A stretch of 64,000 nt of DNA, from NCBI GenBank assembly GCA_963701965.1, contig OY969695.1, positions 64,001-128,000 of the forward strand. The letters are read 5' to 3'. The notes under the pieces are model-generated. The model did not search any database. It was not told the DNA's origin and was given only the letters and a program-made list of their open reading frames with translations. Numbering within the stretch: position 1 is the first letter of the stretch; the number at the start of each line of letters is the position of its first letter. The position numbers and the translations under genes were made by a program. Source of the stretch: an uncultured Gemmatimonadales bacterium. Lineage in GTDB: Bacteria; Gemmatimonadota; Gemmatimonadetes; Gemmatimonadales; Gemmatimonadaceae. Positions 1 to 9,408 of this stretch are shown here, piece after piece.

Positions 1-256
1 TGGCGAGCAGTCGACGGAATGCGACACCCTCTGCTGTGCTTTTGGCTTGCAGGTTCACTCCGGTTTGGCGTCGTCGCTGAGTGCGGCGGTCGACAAGGAC
101 GGGTATCTTGCCGTTGACCGACATCAGGAGACGACGGTGCCGGGTCTCTATGCGGCGGGCGACGTTGCCTCGGGCCTGAACCAGATCAGCGTCGCGTACG
201 GTGCTGCCGCGATCGCCGCCGCAGCCATCAACGTCGCTCTGTCCGCCGCACGCTGA
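1..256 (+). CDS. NAD(P)/FAD-dependent oxidoreductase (thioredoxin reductase-like), C-terminal part only
   Basis: GYLAVDRHQETTVPGLYAAGDVASGLNQISVAYG matches the second FAD-binding motif; 5' end is outside the window. Confidence 0.8.
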   Translation, partial: GEQSTECDTLCCAFGLQVHSGLASSLSAAVDKDGYLAVDRHQETTVPGLYAAGDVASGLNQISVAYGAAAIAAAAINVALSAAR

Positions 257-262
257 GCAGCC

Positions 263-467
263 TTAAAGGCTGGGCATGATGAATGCATTGGCGAGCGTGA
301 TGCAGAACCAAGCTTCTGCGCTGCCGGGCGTCATCACAGAAGGAAGCTTCCTGCGAGGGCGATTGCCGCGGCCAAGAGGAACACGGCGGAGGCGCCGAGA
401 TGAACGTTCCATCCGCGCTCGCGACGCAGCCCATGCTCTCTGCAAGGGAGTCGTTATTGGATTTCAT
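263..467 (-). pseudogene. Frameshifted small membrane protein remnant
   Basis: ATG at 467; hydrophobic stretch HLGASAVFLLAAAIALAGSFLL and tail PGSAEAWFCITLANAFIMPSL lie in different frames; sigma-54-like motif upstream. Confidence 0.3.
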
Positions 468-518
468 GGTGGGAGTCGTGGAATCGCGCCGCAGCCCGTC
501 GGCATTGCGAGCACTTCG

Positions 519-532
519 GCAACGCTCGTGCC
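519..532 (-). promoter_or_regulatory. Sigma-54 (-24/-12) promoter motif
   Basis: Minus strand GGCACGAGCGTTGC (GG-N10-GC), about 50 nt upstream of ATG 467. Confidence 0.6.
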
Positions 533-625
533 GGCCGATCATCAAGGACGCTCGCGCCGTCATCGCACCGTCATCGCGCCGGCGATGCGCGTGCTGCCAC
601 TCAGGCGGTCGAGCTCACCTGACGA

Positions 626-1795
626 TCAACCGAGATCGCTCGGCAGCGTCGAATCGCGCTCTGCCTCGGCTCGGGCACGCGCCAGGGTCACGGTGAACAC
701 TGTCGTCCCGGCACCTGAAACGACCTCCACACCACCGCCGTGGGCGACCGCGACTTCTTGCACGATGAAGAGTCCGAGACCCATATTCGAACGACCGGGT
801 GACTCGGTGGTTGGCTCGCTATGGCCGCGCCGCAGGGGCTCAAAGAGAGAAGGCAGAAGGGCGTCCGGTATGGGCGCGCCCTGGTTGGTCACCGACAGAG
901 CGACCTTGCCTTCGGTCCCGGAAAGCTTGACCGAGATCGCGGTTCCCTCAGCACCGTAGCGCGCCGCGTTGAACACAAGATTGGCGAGCGACTCGCGCAC
1001 GCGCGAGGCATCGAACTCCCCTTCGGTGACGCCTGACACGACGAGGTCAATCTGACGGCCCGGAAGGGCGGCGCGCACCACCGCGAGCTCCTCCTCACAC
1101 TCGGCGGCCAAGTCGACCTGCGACCGGCGAATGGCAATGCCCTGCCCGAGCGAGGAGCGGCTGTAGTCCAGCAAGCTGTCGAGCAGGTCCTGCATCCGCT
1201 TGCCGCTACGGATCAAGCGCTCGGTGTACGCGCTAGTCGGTCCGTCCGATGACAGTCGCGACAGAATCTCGGCAGTCAGCAGCACGGCGTTCAGCGGCCC
1301 GCGCAGGTCGTGTCCAAGCACTGCCAGGAAGATGTGACGCCAGCGATCCGCCTCGGCGGCGAACTGGACCACCGATTCGGCCAAGGCCTGATCGATGGCC
1401 TCGTTGAACCGCTCAATGTCGACGAAGGAGTCTTCATCGAGCACCTGACCGGGCGTCAGCCAAAGTCGAAGCACGGAAGAACGCAACGCTCGGTATTCCG
1501 AAACCGTCTGCGAGATAGAGAACCCACCCTTGGCCCGGAGCAGGGCGTGGGTCTGGGAGGCCGTTTCGGCACCCCCTCCCGCTGGAGGCGCTTTTCCCAA
1601 TGACTTCACGCGCGACTCCGTCGGCGTTTGCGGAGTCCTCAGGTCCTTGACGATCGCATCCAGAATCTTCGGCAGGTGACCGCGGAGTGCCGCCGCATCC
1701 AGGTGTCGGGCGGCGGGTTGCAGCGTCCTGGAGAAGTCTTCGGCAGCGGAAACGATCGGTTCCGCGTTGGACTCGATGAAGGAAGCGAGGCGCAT
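626..1795 (-). CDS. Cytoplasmic sensor histidine kinase with RsbRD_N-like N-terminus
   Basis: H-box LGHDLRGPL, N-box NLVFNAARY, G2 GLGLFIV; start MRLASFIESN at 1795; no TM segment evident. Confidence 0.9.
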   Translation of the reverse strand: MRLASFIESNAEPIVSAAEDFSRTLQPAARHLDAAALRGHLPKILDAIVKDLRTPQTPTESRVKSLGKAPPAGGGAETASQTHALLRAKGGFSISQTVSEYRALRSSVLRLWLTPGQVLDEDSFVDIERFNEAIDQALAESVVQFAAEADRWRHIFLAVLGHDLRGPLNAVLLTAEILSRLSSDGPTSAYTERLIRSGKRMQDLLDSLLDYSRSSLGQGIAIRRSQVDLAAECEEELAVVRAALPGRQIDLVVSGVTEGEFDASRVRESLANLVFNAARYGAEGTAISVKLSGTEGKVALSVTNQGAPIPDALLPSLFEPLRRGHSEPTTESPGRSNMGLGLFIVQEVAVAHGGGVEVVSGAGTTVFTVTLARARAEAERDSTLPSDLG

Positions 1796-1819
1796 TGGTA
1801 TCTCGCCTGGGTGCAGTTG

Positions 1820-1833
1820 GCAACACTTGTTCC
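1820..1833 (-). promoter_or_regulatory. Sigma-54-like promoter motif
   Basis: Minus strand GGAACAAGTGTTGC, about 25 nt upstream of the kinase ATG. Confidence 0.5.
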
Positions 1834-2039
1834 GCCGCGTGCCCTGAGCACGGTCTTGATTGTCGGCGACGCCCGCGTCCCCGGCAAACTCTGGAGGACT
1901 ACCGGACATTGGCTTGCTTCACCCGGACTCTTTCGCGGCAGACGGCGAGGTCGGCGGTGAGGATCCGACGGTTCCGGTTCCGGCCCGCCCGAGCGCCTTG
2001 CAATTGCTCGGTACGCCGGCCACGAATCAGCTCTACGAC

Positions 2040-2255
2040 TTACGATTTGTCGCCGGTACTGAAGTGGTTCCCCTGTTGGCGTCGTCGATCCTCGGCCTCC
2101 CAGCCTTCCCACCACGCGTCCATCTGGACTCGCCAGAGTTTGGGATCGCCGGCGACGAAACTCGCTGCGGTCGGCAGAAGCAGCGGATTGTCGCGATGCG
2201 TCTGCCCGGCCCGGCGAGCTTCGACGCCGAGTTCATACCAGTGGGATGGGTTCAT
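2040..2255 (-). CDS. CrpP-related (Rmf/CrpP-like) small protein
   Basis: YELGVEARRAG...DNPLL...WRVQMDAWWEGW resembles the family pattern. Confidence 0.55.
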   Translation of the reverse strand: MNPSHWYELGVEARRAGQTHRDNPLLLPTAASFVAGDPKLWRVQMDAWWEGWEAEDRRRQQGNHFSTGDKS

Positions 2256-2354
2256 GATCGCCTCCGTCGACCACTTGTTTTGACGGCGGAAAATCTAGAG
2301 CCGCCCGTTCGCTTTTCAAGTCCGGAGTCGTCGCGTGATCCGGCGAACGAGACC

Positions 2355-2381
2355 CTTGAAACTGTTCGGCTAGCTCCTAAT
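2355..2381 (+). promoter_or_regulatory. Sigma-32-like heat-shock promoter
   Basis: CTTGAAA at 2355-2361 and CTCCTAAT at 2374-2381, upstream of the hsp20 pair. Confidence 0.55.
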
Positions 2382-2429
2382 TCGAGGCCGCAGGCAGGAT
2401 GCCTGCGCTTTTCGCGAAAGGAGTGAACG

Positions 2430-2885
2430 ATGTACCCATCCATGCTGAAGCCGTCTGGCGACCTGTTCGCCGATTTCGCGGCGCTGCAGGATCGTGTCGA
2501 CGAGCTGCTCGGAACTGGCCGCAGCTCATCGAGTATCCGAGCAGTGGCGCGCGCGGGCGCCTTTCCCGCGCTCAACATCGGTACCTGGGCCGAGGCGCTT
2601 GAAATCTATGCCTTTGCGCCAGGCGTCGATCCCGGGTCAGTCGAGGTATCGGTCGAAAAGGGCCTGCTGACCCTTTCCGGCACCCGCGCGACGCAGGTGG
2701 CGACCAGCAAGGACGCCTCCATCTACGCCAACGAGCGGTTCGATGGCCGCTTTCGCCGCGTCGTTTCCCTGCCCGACGATTCGGACCCGGCGCGGGTCGA
2801 GGCGAGCTATCGCAATGGCGTCCTCAAGGTCGTCGTGCCTCGTCTCGAATCCGCCAAGCCGCGGCAAATCGCCATCACGTCCTGA
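2430..2885 (+). CDS. Hsp20/alpha-crystallin small heat shock protein
   Basis: ERFDGRFRRVVSLP...VEASYRNGVLKVVVP...PRQIAI. Confidence 0.95.
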   Translation: MYPSMLKPSGDLFADFAALQDRVDELLGTGRSSSSIRAVARAGAFPALNIGTWAEALEIYAFAPGVDPGSVEVSVEKGLLTLSGTRATQVATSKDASIYANERFDGRFRRVVSLPDDSDPARVEASYRNGVLKVVVPRLESAKPRQIAITS

Positions 2886-2911
2886 CCCACTGGGAACATC
2901 GGAGGCCCATC

Positions 2912-3277
2912 ATGCAAACCAACAGCAATAGCCAAGGCACCGAGCCGGCGCTGCTGCCGCCGGTCGACATCGTCGAAGACTCCACCGGGATCACGCTCAC
3001 GGCCGACCTGCCGGGAATCGCGAAGGAGGACCTGTCCATCGGCGTCGACGGCCGAACGCTGACCGTCGAGGCACCGCTTCGCCTGGGCGAGGCCAACGCA
3101 CTCGTTTCGGTCTACGCCGAGTTTCGTGCCAACCACTACCGGCGCAGCTTCGAGCTCAGCAGCGAGCTGGATACCGGCTCGATCGATGCCACGCTGAAGG
3201 ATGGCGTGCTCACCTTGCGGCTGCCGAAGCAGGAACGCGCCAAGCCACGACGGATCGAGGTTCAGGTCGCGAAGTAA
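2912..3277 (+). CDS. Hsp20/alpha-crystallin small heat shock protein
   Basis: PPVDIVED...ADLPGI...IDATLKDGVLTLRLPK...PRRIEV; GGAGG RBS. Confidence 0.95.
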   Translation: MQTNSNSQGTEPALLPPVDIVEDSTGITLTADLPGIAKEDLSIGVDGRTLTVEAPLRLGEANALVSVYAEFRANHYRRSFELSSELDTGSIDATLKDGVLTLRLPKQERAKPRRIEVQVAK

Positions 3278-3539
3278 GCCAATCGGGGTAAGGGTGAAGG
3301 TTCGTCGCGTCGGCCTTCGGCCTCGTCAAGCGAAACCGATCGGGGCGAGACCGCCGACGAGGTGTATCGCCGCGCCCTGCGTGGCAACACGCCGGGACGC
3401 GAGCGCGACGCCAAACCTGGCAAGGCTTGGCTTCTCGCGTCGGATCCTCCGCGGGCGGCTCCTAGAGCGCGTGACGGCATAGCGTGGGCGGAGAGATGAC
3501 CCAGCGACCGGTCGTCGTCGGCCGGTGATGCCGTGTCCT

Positions 3540-3703
3540 GCCCGACGTCATCGGTCGCCTGTTCAGGGGCGTGCTTCCGATCACGCCTCTCGCGGGGACG
3601 GGTGGCCGAGGTCGTCGGACTCCTTGATGGGGCGTTGTCATCGCGCCGGATCGGTCGCTTGTCGCCGTTGGGAGCGATCTGTTCGCGCTTGGCCGCAGAA
3701 CAT
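3540..3703 (-). pseudogene. Degenerate small conserved hypothetical protein
   Basis: KREQIAPNGDKRPIRRDD then IKESDDLG in a shifted frame; recalls small GDKRYxRRDxxGxFKESDDVG proteins; boundaries approximate. Confidence 0.35.
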
Positions 3704-3781
3704 CCGCGCCTGCCTTCGCGCGCCGTGCGCCTGTGCGAGTCCGAAAGCATCGAGCGATTCACCCCTGGAAGCCGGGGCGAT

Positions 3782-4063
3782 CTATCGAGGCCGCGCGAGA
3801 TGCCCCTCAACCGCCTCGACGAGCGGCCCCGAATGCCTGACAGCCGCACGGAGTTGAGCCTCGTCGCAGTCGAGCGTGCTGCACCATTTCCGCACCGCGG
3901 CTTCATCCTCGAGGTCGATCCGGGCTTGGGAAATGGCAGTCGGAAAGGGAAATGCATCCGGCGTCGTGCCGAATGAGCGCCGGCCACGCCCCGCTTTTGC
4001 CAGATGGCTGTAGGCCGTCCAGCCGAGGACGGCGGCCAGTGCATAAACGAGACTCTTCATCAT
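3782..4063 (-). CDS. DUF3606 domain protein with N-terminal hydrophobic anchor
   Basis: RIDLEDEAAVRKWCSTLDCDEAQLRAAVRHSG. Confidence 0.75.
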   Translation of the reverse strand: MMKSLVYALAAVLGWTAYSHLAKAGRGRRSFGTTPDAFPFPTAISQARIDLEDEAAVRKWCSTLDCDEAQLRAAVRHSGPLVEAVEGHLARPR

Positions 4064-4116
4064 TGGGTCTTTCGGGGCTTGAGAGAACTAAGGCCTTCGC
4101 GAGGCTCGCCGTTATG

Positions 4117-4130
4117 GCAACTCGCATGCC
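4117..4130 (-). promoter_or_regulatory. Sigma-54 promoter motif
   Basis: Minus strand GGCATGCGAGTTGC upstream of the DUF3606 gene. Confidence 0.6.
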
Positions 4131-4232
4131 GGCCTCGCGCATCTAAACATCCACAGCGAGCGCCGTCGCGGTACACGGTGCGATGCATTGCTGCGCCGCA
4201 AGGCTTGGCCTCTCCTTTGCCGAAGTCGCTCC

Positions 4233-4433
4233 ATGAACTCCTCGGCAGCACCCGGTGAACGACGTCGCCTCCTCGAACAGAGGCTCATGGAAGTGGTGGT
4301 GGCTCTACGGAAGGACCACGGCGAGGGCAACATGACGCTTCGGGTGCCCGACACGGGCGATTTCATCGCGATCTTGCAAATCGACGATGACGACGCTCGC
4401 GGCTTGGCAGACTTGCTCGGTCGCCCGTGGTAG
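4233..4433 (+). CDS. Hypothetical protein
   Basis: Protein-like composition (LLEQRLMEVVVALRKDHGEGNMTLRVPDTGDFIAILQID); no family recognised. Confidence 0.4.
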   Translation: MNSSAAPGERRRLLEQRLMEVVVALRKDHGEGNMTLRVPDTGDFIAILQIDDDDARGLADLLGRPW

Positions 4434-4651
4434 CGCCGGTCCTCGGCCCAGTCCGCCACTAACTGGTCGACAGCAGTCGATCGTGGCCGGGACGGTTCTT
4501 GAACGAGCCCGGCGCGAGGGTGGTGTTTGTCAGCTCTTTGGTTTGGCGTTCGCCCTGTCGCAAGCCTCGCCGCGATTCTTGCTGTTGCCGCCGTCTATGT
4601 CGTCTTCGCCGCGGAATACCGTCGAAAGGGTCATCGACTCGATTCCGATCG

Positions 4652-4665
4652 GGAGCGGCTATTGC
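4652..4665 (+). promoter_or_regulatory. Sigma-54-like promoter motif
   Basis: GGAGCGGCTATTGC about 40 nt upstream of ATG 4706. Confidence 0.45.
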
Positions 4666-4705
4666 CGACGGCCTGCAGCGAGCCTTCGGTCCACCCAAGG
4701 AAATC

Positions 4706-4987
4706 ATGTCCATCCTAGACAAAATCATCGCCGCCGTCGTACCCGAGCCGACTCCCCAGGAGCGCGCCGAATGCCGCAGGAAGGCCCGCGCCCTCAGCGG
4801 TGGCAGCGGCTGGCTGGCCCAGGTCCTCGATCATCATGAGCAGGTCGAGACGGCTTTCCAAGCCGTCAGGGACGCATCCACCGCGGCGGCGAGGCGCAAG
4901 GCGCAAAAGTGGCTCGGTATTCAGGTTCGCACAACACGAGCCCAGGACCGCCGACTAGCGCCGAACACCGTCGCTCGCCGGGGCTGA
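4706..4987 (+). pseudogene. 3'-truncated hemerythrin-domain protein
   Basis: MSILDKIIAAV...WLAQVLDHHEQVETAFQAV...AARRKAQKWL then similarity stops near 4920, before the HxxxEE helix; AAGGA RBS. Confidence 0.65.
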
Positions 4988-5012
4988 TATCAATCGCGGT
5001 ACGCGTCGTGCC

Positions 5013-6008
5013 ATGGCTTCGCTTCAAGGAAAGACGCGAATCGGCATCTCGGGCTGGCGCTACGAGCCTTGGCGCGGCGCGTTCTATCCACCGGGTCTGA
5101 GACAGCGAAGCGAGCTGGCCTTCGCCTCCCGGATGCTGCCGACGATCGAAATCAACGGCTCGTTCTATTCCCTCCAGCGACCGGAGTCGTACGCGGCTTG
5201 GCACGACGAGACTCCCCCAGGATTCATGTTCTCCGTAAAGGGATCACGCTACATCACCCACATGCTAAAGCTGCACAACGTGGAAACGCCGCTTGCCAAC
5301 TTCTTCGCCTCGGGCGTGCTGCGCCTCGGCGCAAAACTCGGCCCGATCCTCTGGCAGTTCCCGCCGCAGCTCGGCTTCGACGAGGAGCGCTTTGAATCCT
5401 TCTTCGCGCTGCTGCCACGAGATACCGAACGGGCCTCGACGCTGGCGCGAGCTCATGACGAGCGGCTCCAAGGGCGCGCGTGGCTCGCCGTAAACGCGAA
5501 CCGGGTCCTCCGCCACGCCGTCGAGGTGCGTCATGCCACGTTTGCCGATCCGCGTTTCATTGCGATGCTTCGCCGCCATCGCATCGCCTTGGTGGTTGCC
5601 GACACGGCCGGTCGATGGCCGCTCCTGGAGGACCTCACTGCCGACTTCGTCTATGTACGCTTGCACGGTGACAAGGAGCTTTATGCCAGCGGCTACAGCG
5701 ATTCTGCGCTCGACGACTGGGCGCGGCGCATCGAAGCTTGGCGCCGCGGGTCCGAGGTCGTCGATGCCCGGCTGGTTACGACCAAGCGGGCGCGCACACG
5801 CGCCTGCCGTGACGTGTATTGCTATTTCGACAACGACGTGAAAGTGCACGCGCCATACGATGCGGCGCATCTGGCCGCTCGTTTAGGCGTGGCCGTCGGT
5901 CTGGATTCGAACGGTCGGTCCATGCCACCAAAGGGAATGGCACTCCCGCGCGCGCGTTCGCCTTCTTTTTCTTCCGCGCGTCAGCGACGGGCGGCAGCCG
6001 ATGGCTAA
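5013..6008 (+). CDS. DUF72 (YecE-like) protein
   Basis: RIGISGWRY, IEINGSFY, GPILWQFPP, HAVEVRH, FVYVRLHG, YCYFDND. Confidence 0.93.
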   Translation: MASLQGKTRIGISGWRYEPWRGAFYPPGLRQRSELAFASRMLPTIEINGSFYSLQRPESYAAWHDETPPGFMFSVKGSRYITHMLKLHNVETPLANFFASGVLRLGAKLGPILWQFPPQLGFDEERFESFFALLPRDTERASTLARAHDERLQGRAWLAVNANRVLRHAVEVRHATFADPRFIAMLRRHRIALVVADTAGRWPLLEDLTADFVYVRLHGDKELYASGYSDSALDDWARRIEAWRRGSEVVDARLVTTKRARTRACRDVYCYFDNDVKVHAPYDAAHLAARLGVAVGLDSNGRSMPPKGMALPRARSPSFSSARQRRAAADG

Positions 6009-6049
6009 GGCCTTGAGATCGCTCGTCGCTCGCCTATAAATGCGAAGGC

Positions 6050-6817
6050 TCAAGCGAGGTCCACCCACACGGGTGCATGGTCGCTCGGCTTCTCCCGACT
6101 CCGGTATTCGGAGTCCACGCCGGCACGGACGAGGCGTCGTGCCAAGAGGGGACTGAGCAACAGAAAATCCATGCGAAAGCCGGCGTTGCGGCGGAATGCA
6201 TGGGTGTTGACCCAAAACGTATAGATTCGTTCGTGCGGAAAAAGGTGCCGGCTCGCATCGACCCAGCCCTGAGCCAGCAATCGACGATAGGCAGCGCGAG
6301 TCTCCGGCTGCAACACCGCGTCCAGCTGCCATATCCACGCGTTATAGATGTCGGCGTCCGTCGGCACAACGTTGAAGTCCCCGGCGAGCACGACCCCGGA
6401 TTCTTCGGCAAGCAGCCCGCGGGCGTGCGCGATCAGCCGTTCGAACCAAGCCAGTTTGTAGTCAAACTTGGGGCCAGGCTGAGGGTTGCCGTTCGGCAGG
6501 TAGACCGACGCCACCCGCACACCGTAGACCTCGGCCTCGAGGTATCGGGCCTGCAAGTCAAAGTCGTCTCCCGGCAGCCCGCGTCGGATCTCGCGCGGCA
6601 CGCTCTGGCGCGCGAGGATGGCAACGCCGTGATGCGCCCGCTGACCGTGCGACAAGACGCCGTAACCCGCCGCCTCGATCGCCTTGATGGGGAACCGCTC
6701 GTCCCCGGTCTTGATTTCCTGAAGGCACGCTATATCCGGCTGAGTCTCCTCGAGCCACTCGACGAGGACAGGAAGACGTCCATTGACGCCGTTCACATTG
6801 AAGGTCGCGATCTTCAT
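6050..6817 (-). CDS. xth: Exodeoxyribonuclease III
   Basis: MKIATFNVNG, CLQEIK, YLPNGNP, AGDFNV, SDHAPV. Confidence 0.95.
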   Translation of the reverse strand: MKIATFNVNGVNGRLPVLVEWLEETQPDIACLQEIKTGDERFPIKAIEAAGYGVLSHGQRAHHGVAILARQSVPREIRRGLPGDDFDLQARYLEAEVYGVRVASVYLPNGNPQPGPKFDYKLAWFERLIAHARGLLAEESGVVLAGDFNVVPTDADIYNAWIWQLDAVLQPETRAAYRRLLAQGWVDASRHLFPHERIYTFWVNTHAFRRNAGFRMDFLLLSPLLARRLVRAGVDSEYRSREKPSDHAPVWVDLA

Positions 6818-7508
6818 GAATCGACGAATTTCAATGTCGAATGCATGCGCAACTCAACCGCGTGATTGGACGTTCACTCTTCCGCGACCCTGCGGGCCGG
6901 TCTGTCCGGCGATACAGGGTAGGCACTCGCCCGTTCTGGTGGTGTTCTGCGATCGAGCCAAGCCACACTTCAAACAGAAGTGCGTTGTAGGTCCTGCACC
7001 AGTCTGGCGAAGACGCACTCCGCGTCGAACGCTGACGTCTTCGTGCCGTCTTGCGACCCGAGTCGGTCACCTTCGGGCGATTCACATGCCGTATCGCTCG
7101 CGAGGCGGCGCCGGCGAGCGTGTGTTGCCGCACGTGCCGCGATCAGGCGATTCGATTCGGCGATCACCGCTTGGCGGGTCCCTGGGGTCATGTAGTAGCG
7201 ATGCATGAAAGCGAATCGATAGTGACGATGGAGAGACGCTACCGAGAAGCGAAGTCGTGGGCCGTCCGCCTTGAGCGCTGGTCGCTGTCAGACAAGAACG
7301 CGTGGATATGTCCCCCAAGCAGGGGGGCGAGAAATAGCTAACACGCGAGTCGCGCTCGGAATTCGGAGTGGGTGGCTGAGGGCGTCTCCCTTCGGCCATC
7401 ATCTTCCTCGCGCCCTAGAAGCCGGAATGAACAACTCATCGGTGCTCGAGGAACACGGCGTCGAGCCCAGGAGAGCAGAATCCGACCGTCACGCTTTTCG
7501 TGAGGTGG

Positions 7509-7913
7509 ATGCCACAAGTGGCTACCGTCCTGGACAAAGAACTCAAGCGGCAAGTCACGGTCGACGGTGCCGCGTACACGGTTGCTGTCGACCCCGAAGG
7601 CATTCGGTTGACTGGCAAAGGCAAGAGAAGGTCGGAAGTGGAGTTGCGCTGGCACGATCTCTTGAGCGGTGAAGCTGCCATGGCTGTTGCCCTAAACGCT
7701 TCTCTCGCGAAGCGACAGATACCCACCAAACCCGAAACCGAACAGTCACCCGATCTAGCCAGCAAGCGCGTGCCAAGGAAGCGAAACGCCCTAGCAGCGT
7801 GGCTCTGCGTGGTCCGGCGGTCGCGACGCAAGCTCGTTTGTGGTTTGCAAGGAGACGGCCATGCCGGCAGGACCGATTACCGTCAACATCCCTCACCAGC
7901 TCGGCCGCGCTGA
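7509..7913 (+). CDS. Conserved hypothetical protein (C-terminus probably extended by a lost stop)
   Basis: LDKELKRQVTVDG...GIRLTGKGKRR...WHDLLSGEAAMAVALNASL; overlaps the next gene. Confidence 0.6.
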   Translation: MPQVATVLDKELKRQVTVDGAAYTVAVDPEGIRLTGKGKRRSEVELRWHDLLSGEAAMAVALNASLAKRQIPTKPETEQSPDLASKRVPRKRNALAAWLCVVRRSRRKLVCGLQGDGHAGRTDYRQHPSPARPR

Positions 7914-8175
7914 GGCGCACCGCCGCATCGAGACCGGTTTCGGGAAGATCATTAACGGGTTGCCCGGCGGCGCCGGCACCTGCAGCAAACGCTGGGACGG
8001 CGACCGTCTGATCTTCAATGTCAGGGCGATGGGTCAGACCGTTGCCGGTGTCATCAATGTCCTCGACGCCGCGGTCGCGATGGAGATTGAGCTTCCTGGC
8101 GTGTTCGGCATGATCGCTAGCGGCCTCAAGGACCGGCTTCAGAAGCTGGGACAACGGCTCCTGACGAAGGAGTAG
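7861..8175 (+). CDS. Polyhydroxyalkanoic acid system family protein (PHA_gran_rgn-like)
   Basis: ITVNIPHQLGRAEAHRRIETG...RWDGDRLIF; AAGGAG RBS. Confidence 0.85.
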   Translation: MPAGPITVNIPHQLGRAEAHRRIETGFGKIINGLPGGAGTCSKRWDGDRLIFNVRAMGQTVAGVINVLDAAVAMEIELPGVFGMIASGLKDRLQKLGQRLLTKE

Positions 8176-8209
8176 CCGGCCGGTTCGCGCGTGGGCTCAG
8201 AACGCCGCG

Positions 8210-8355
8210 ATGGCGATCTTGCCTGAGCCTCATGCCGGTTCGCTGGATCGTTTTCCTGCCGAAGTTTGGGTTTCGCGAGGGCTTGCTCTGCTGCGGATCG
8301 TTGCTGGCTACCTATTCCTGCCGCACGGCAGTGCCAAGTTCTTGGGTTTCCCCAT
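8210..8355 (+). pseudogene. DoxX family N-terminal fragment
   Basis: LALLRIVAGYLFLPHGSAKFLGFP then similarity ends. Confidence 0.6.
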
Positions 8356-8413
8356 GTCGCGTCCGAGGGACGACCAGCGTTGGCAGCGCGAACCCGCCTC
8401 GTCACAATGCGTG

Positions 8414-8906
8414 ATGCCGATAAGCGTCGAACACGAACGGCTCCGTCAGGCAGCCGTGGATCTGCTCGAACCGGATGTCTTCGAGAGCACGTCCTACGAC
8501 GACATCACAAGGCGGGCGGCCGAGCGTGTGCGGCTCCCGTAGCCATCATTACCGTCATCGATGGCAACAGCCAGCTTTTCAGGTCGCGCGTCGGAACCGA
8601 GCTCATGAGCCGGCCGCGCAAACTGACCTTTTGCACGCACGCTCTGCGAAACCCCGAGCAGGTCACACTGGTCGAAGACGCTTCGATGGACCCGCGATTC
8701 GCCGACACTCGGTCGTGACCGATGCTCCAGGGATCCGCTTCTATGCAGGTGTACCTCTCATGTATCACGGGCAGGCGATTGGCACGCTCTGCGTCTTCGA
8801 CGTCAAGCCGAGGACGCTCGAGCCGAAGCAAGTCGACGAACTCCGTTTTCTGGCCAACCAGGTAATGGAAGCTTTGCAAGCCCGCCAGGCGCCTGAGCCT
8901 CGGTAG
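8414..8906 (+). pseudogene. Stand-alone GAF domain protein with two frameshifts
   Basis: YDDITRRAA / APVAIITVID...FCTHAL...VEDASMDPRFAD / VTDAPGIRFYAGVPL...IGTLCVFD spread over three frames. Confidence 0.8.
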
Positions 8907-8936
8907 TTTCGAGCAGGCCACCAGTTCAGTTGCCGC

Positions 8937-9143
8937 ATGGACAAGGCGTGGTGGATCGATCAGTTCGTATTGCACATGGCCGAGCTCGGCAACACATCGG
9001 CCCGGCTTGGCGAGATGGCTGAGAGGCTCTGGCCTCATCTTGGCGACCTCGATCCCGTGAAGGTCGCTCAAGGGCAGCATGCCATCGGCGATTCGCGGCC
9101 CGGTGTCTTCCCGGACACCGAGCCCGAGCGGCGCGAACGGTGA
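8937..9143 (+). CDS. Hypothetical protein
   Basis: ATG-initiated, protein-like 68 aa ORF. Confidence 0.45.
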   Translation: MDKAWWIDQFVLHMAELGNTSARLGEMAERLWPHLGDLDPVKVAQGQHAIGDSRPGVFPDTEPERRER

Positions 9144-9408
9144 GGTAGGTCTGATTCACCGAACAGTGTCTCCTCGAAGTCACGCATCCGACCGTTGCCG
9201 TCGGCCACTTCAGAACGGGGAGCGGCACCAAGGCAGAGGGTGCCGACCCTCCTGTTATCGCCGCCCCAGAGTTGATCTCCACCGCAGCGCCCCAAGAACT
9301 CCCGCAGAACCGCGTCCTTGCGTGCGCTTAGTTCAACTCCGCCTGTTGTCCTACTGCGGCTCTCGAGGCAACTCCCTACCCTTTGCACTTTACCTCCAGG
9401 GGTTTGCA

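Noticed and set aside
4998..5011. GG-N10-GC motif before DUF72
   Set aside because: Lacks TTGC and would place the transcription start downstream of the ATG
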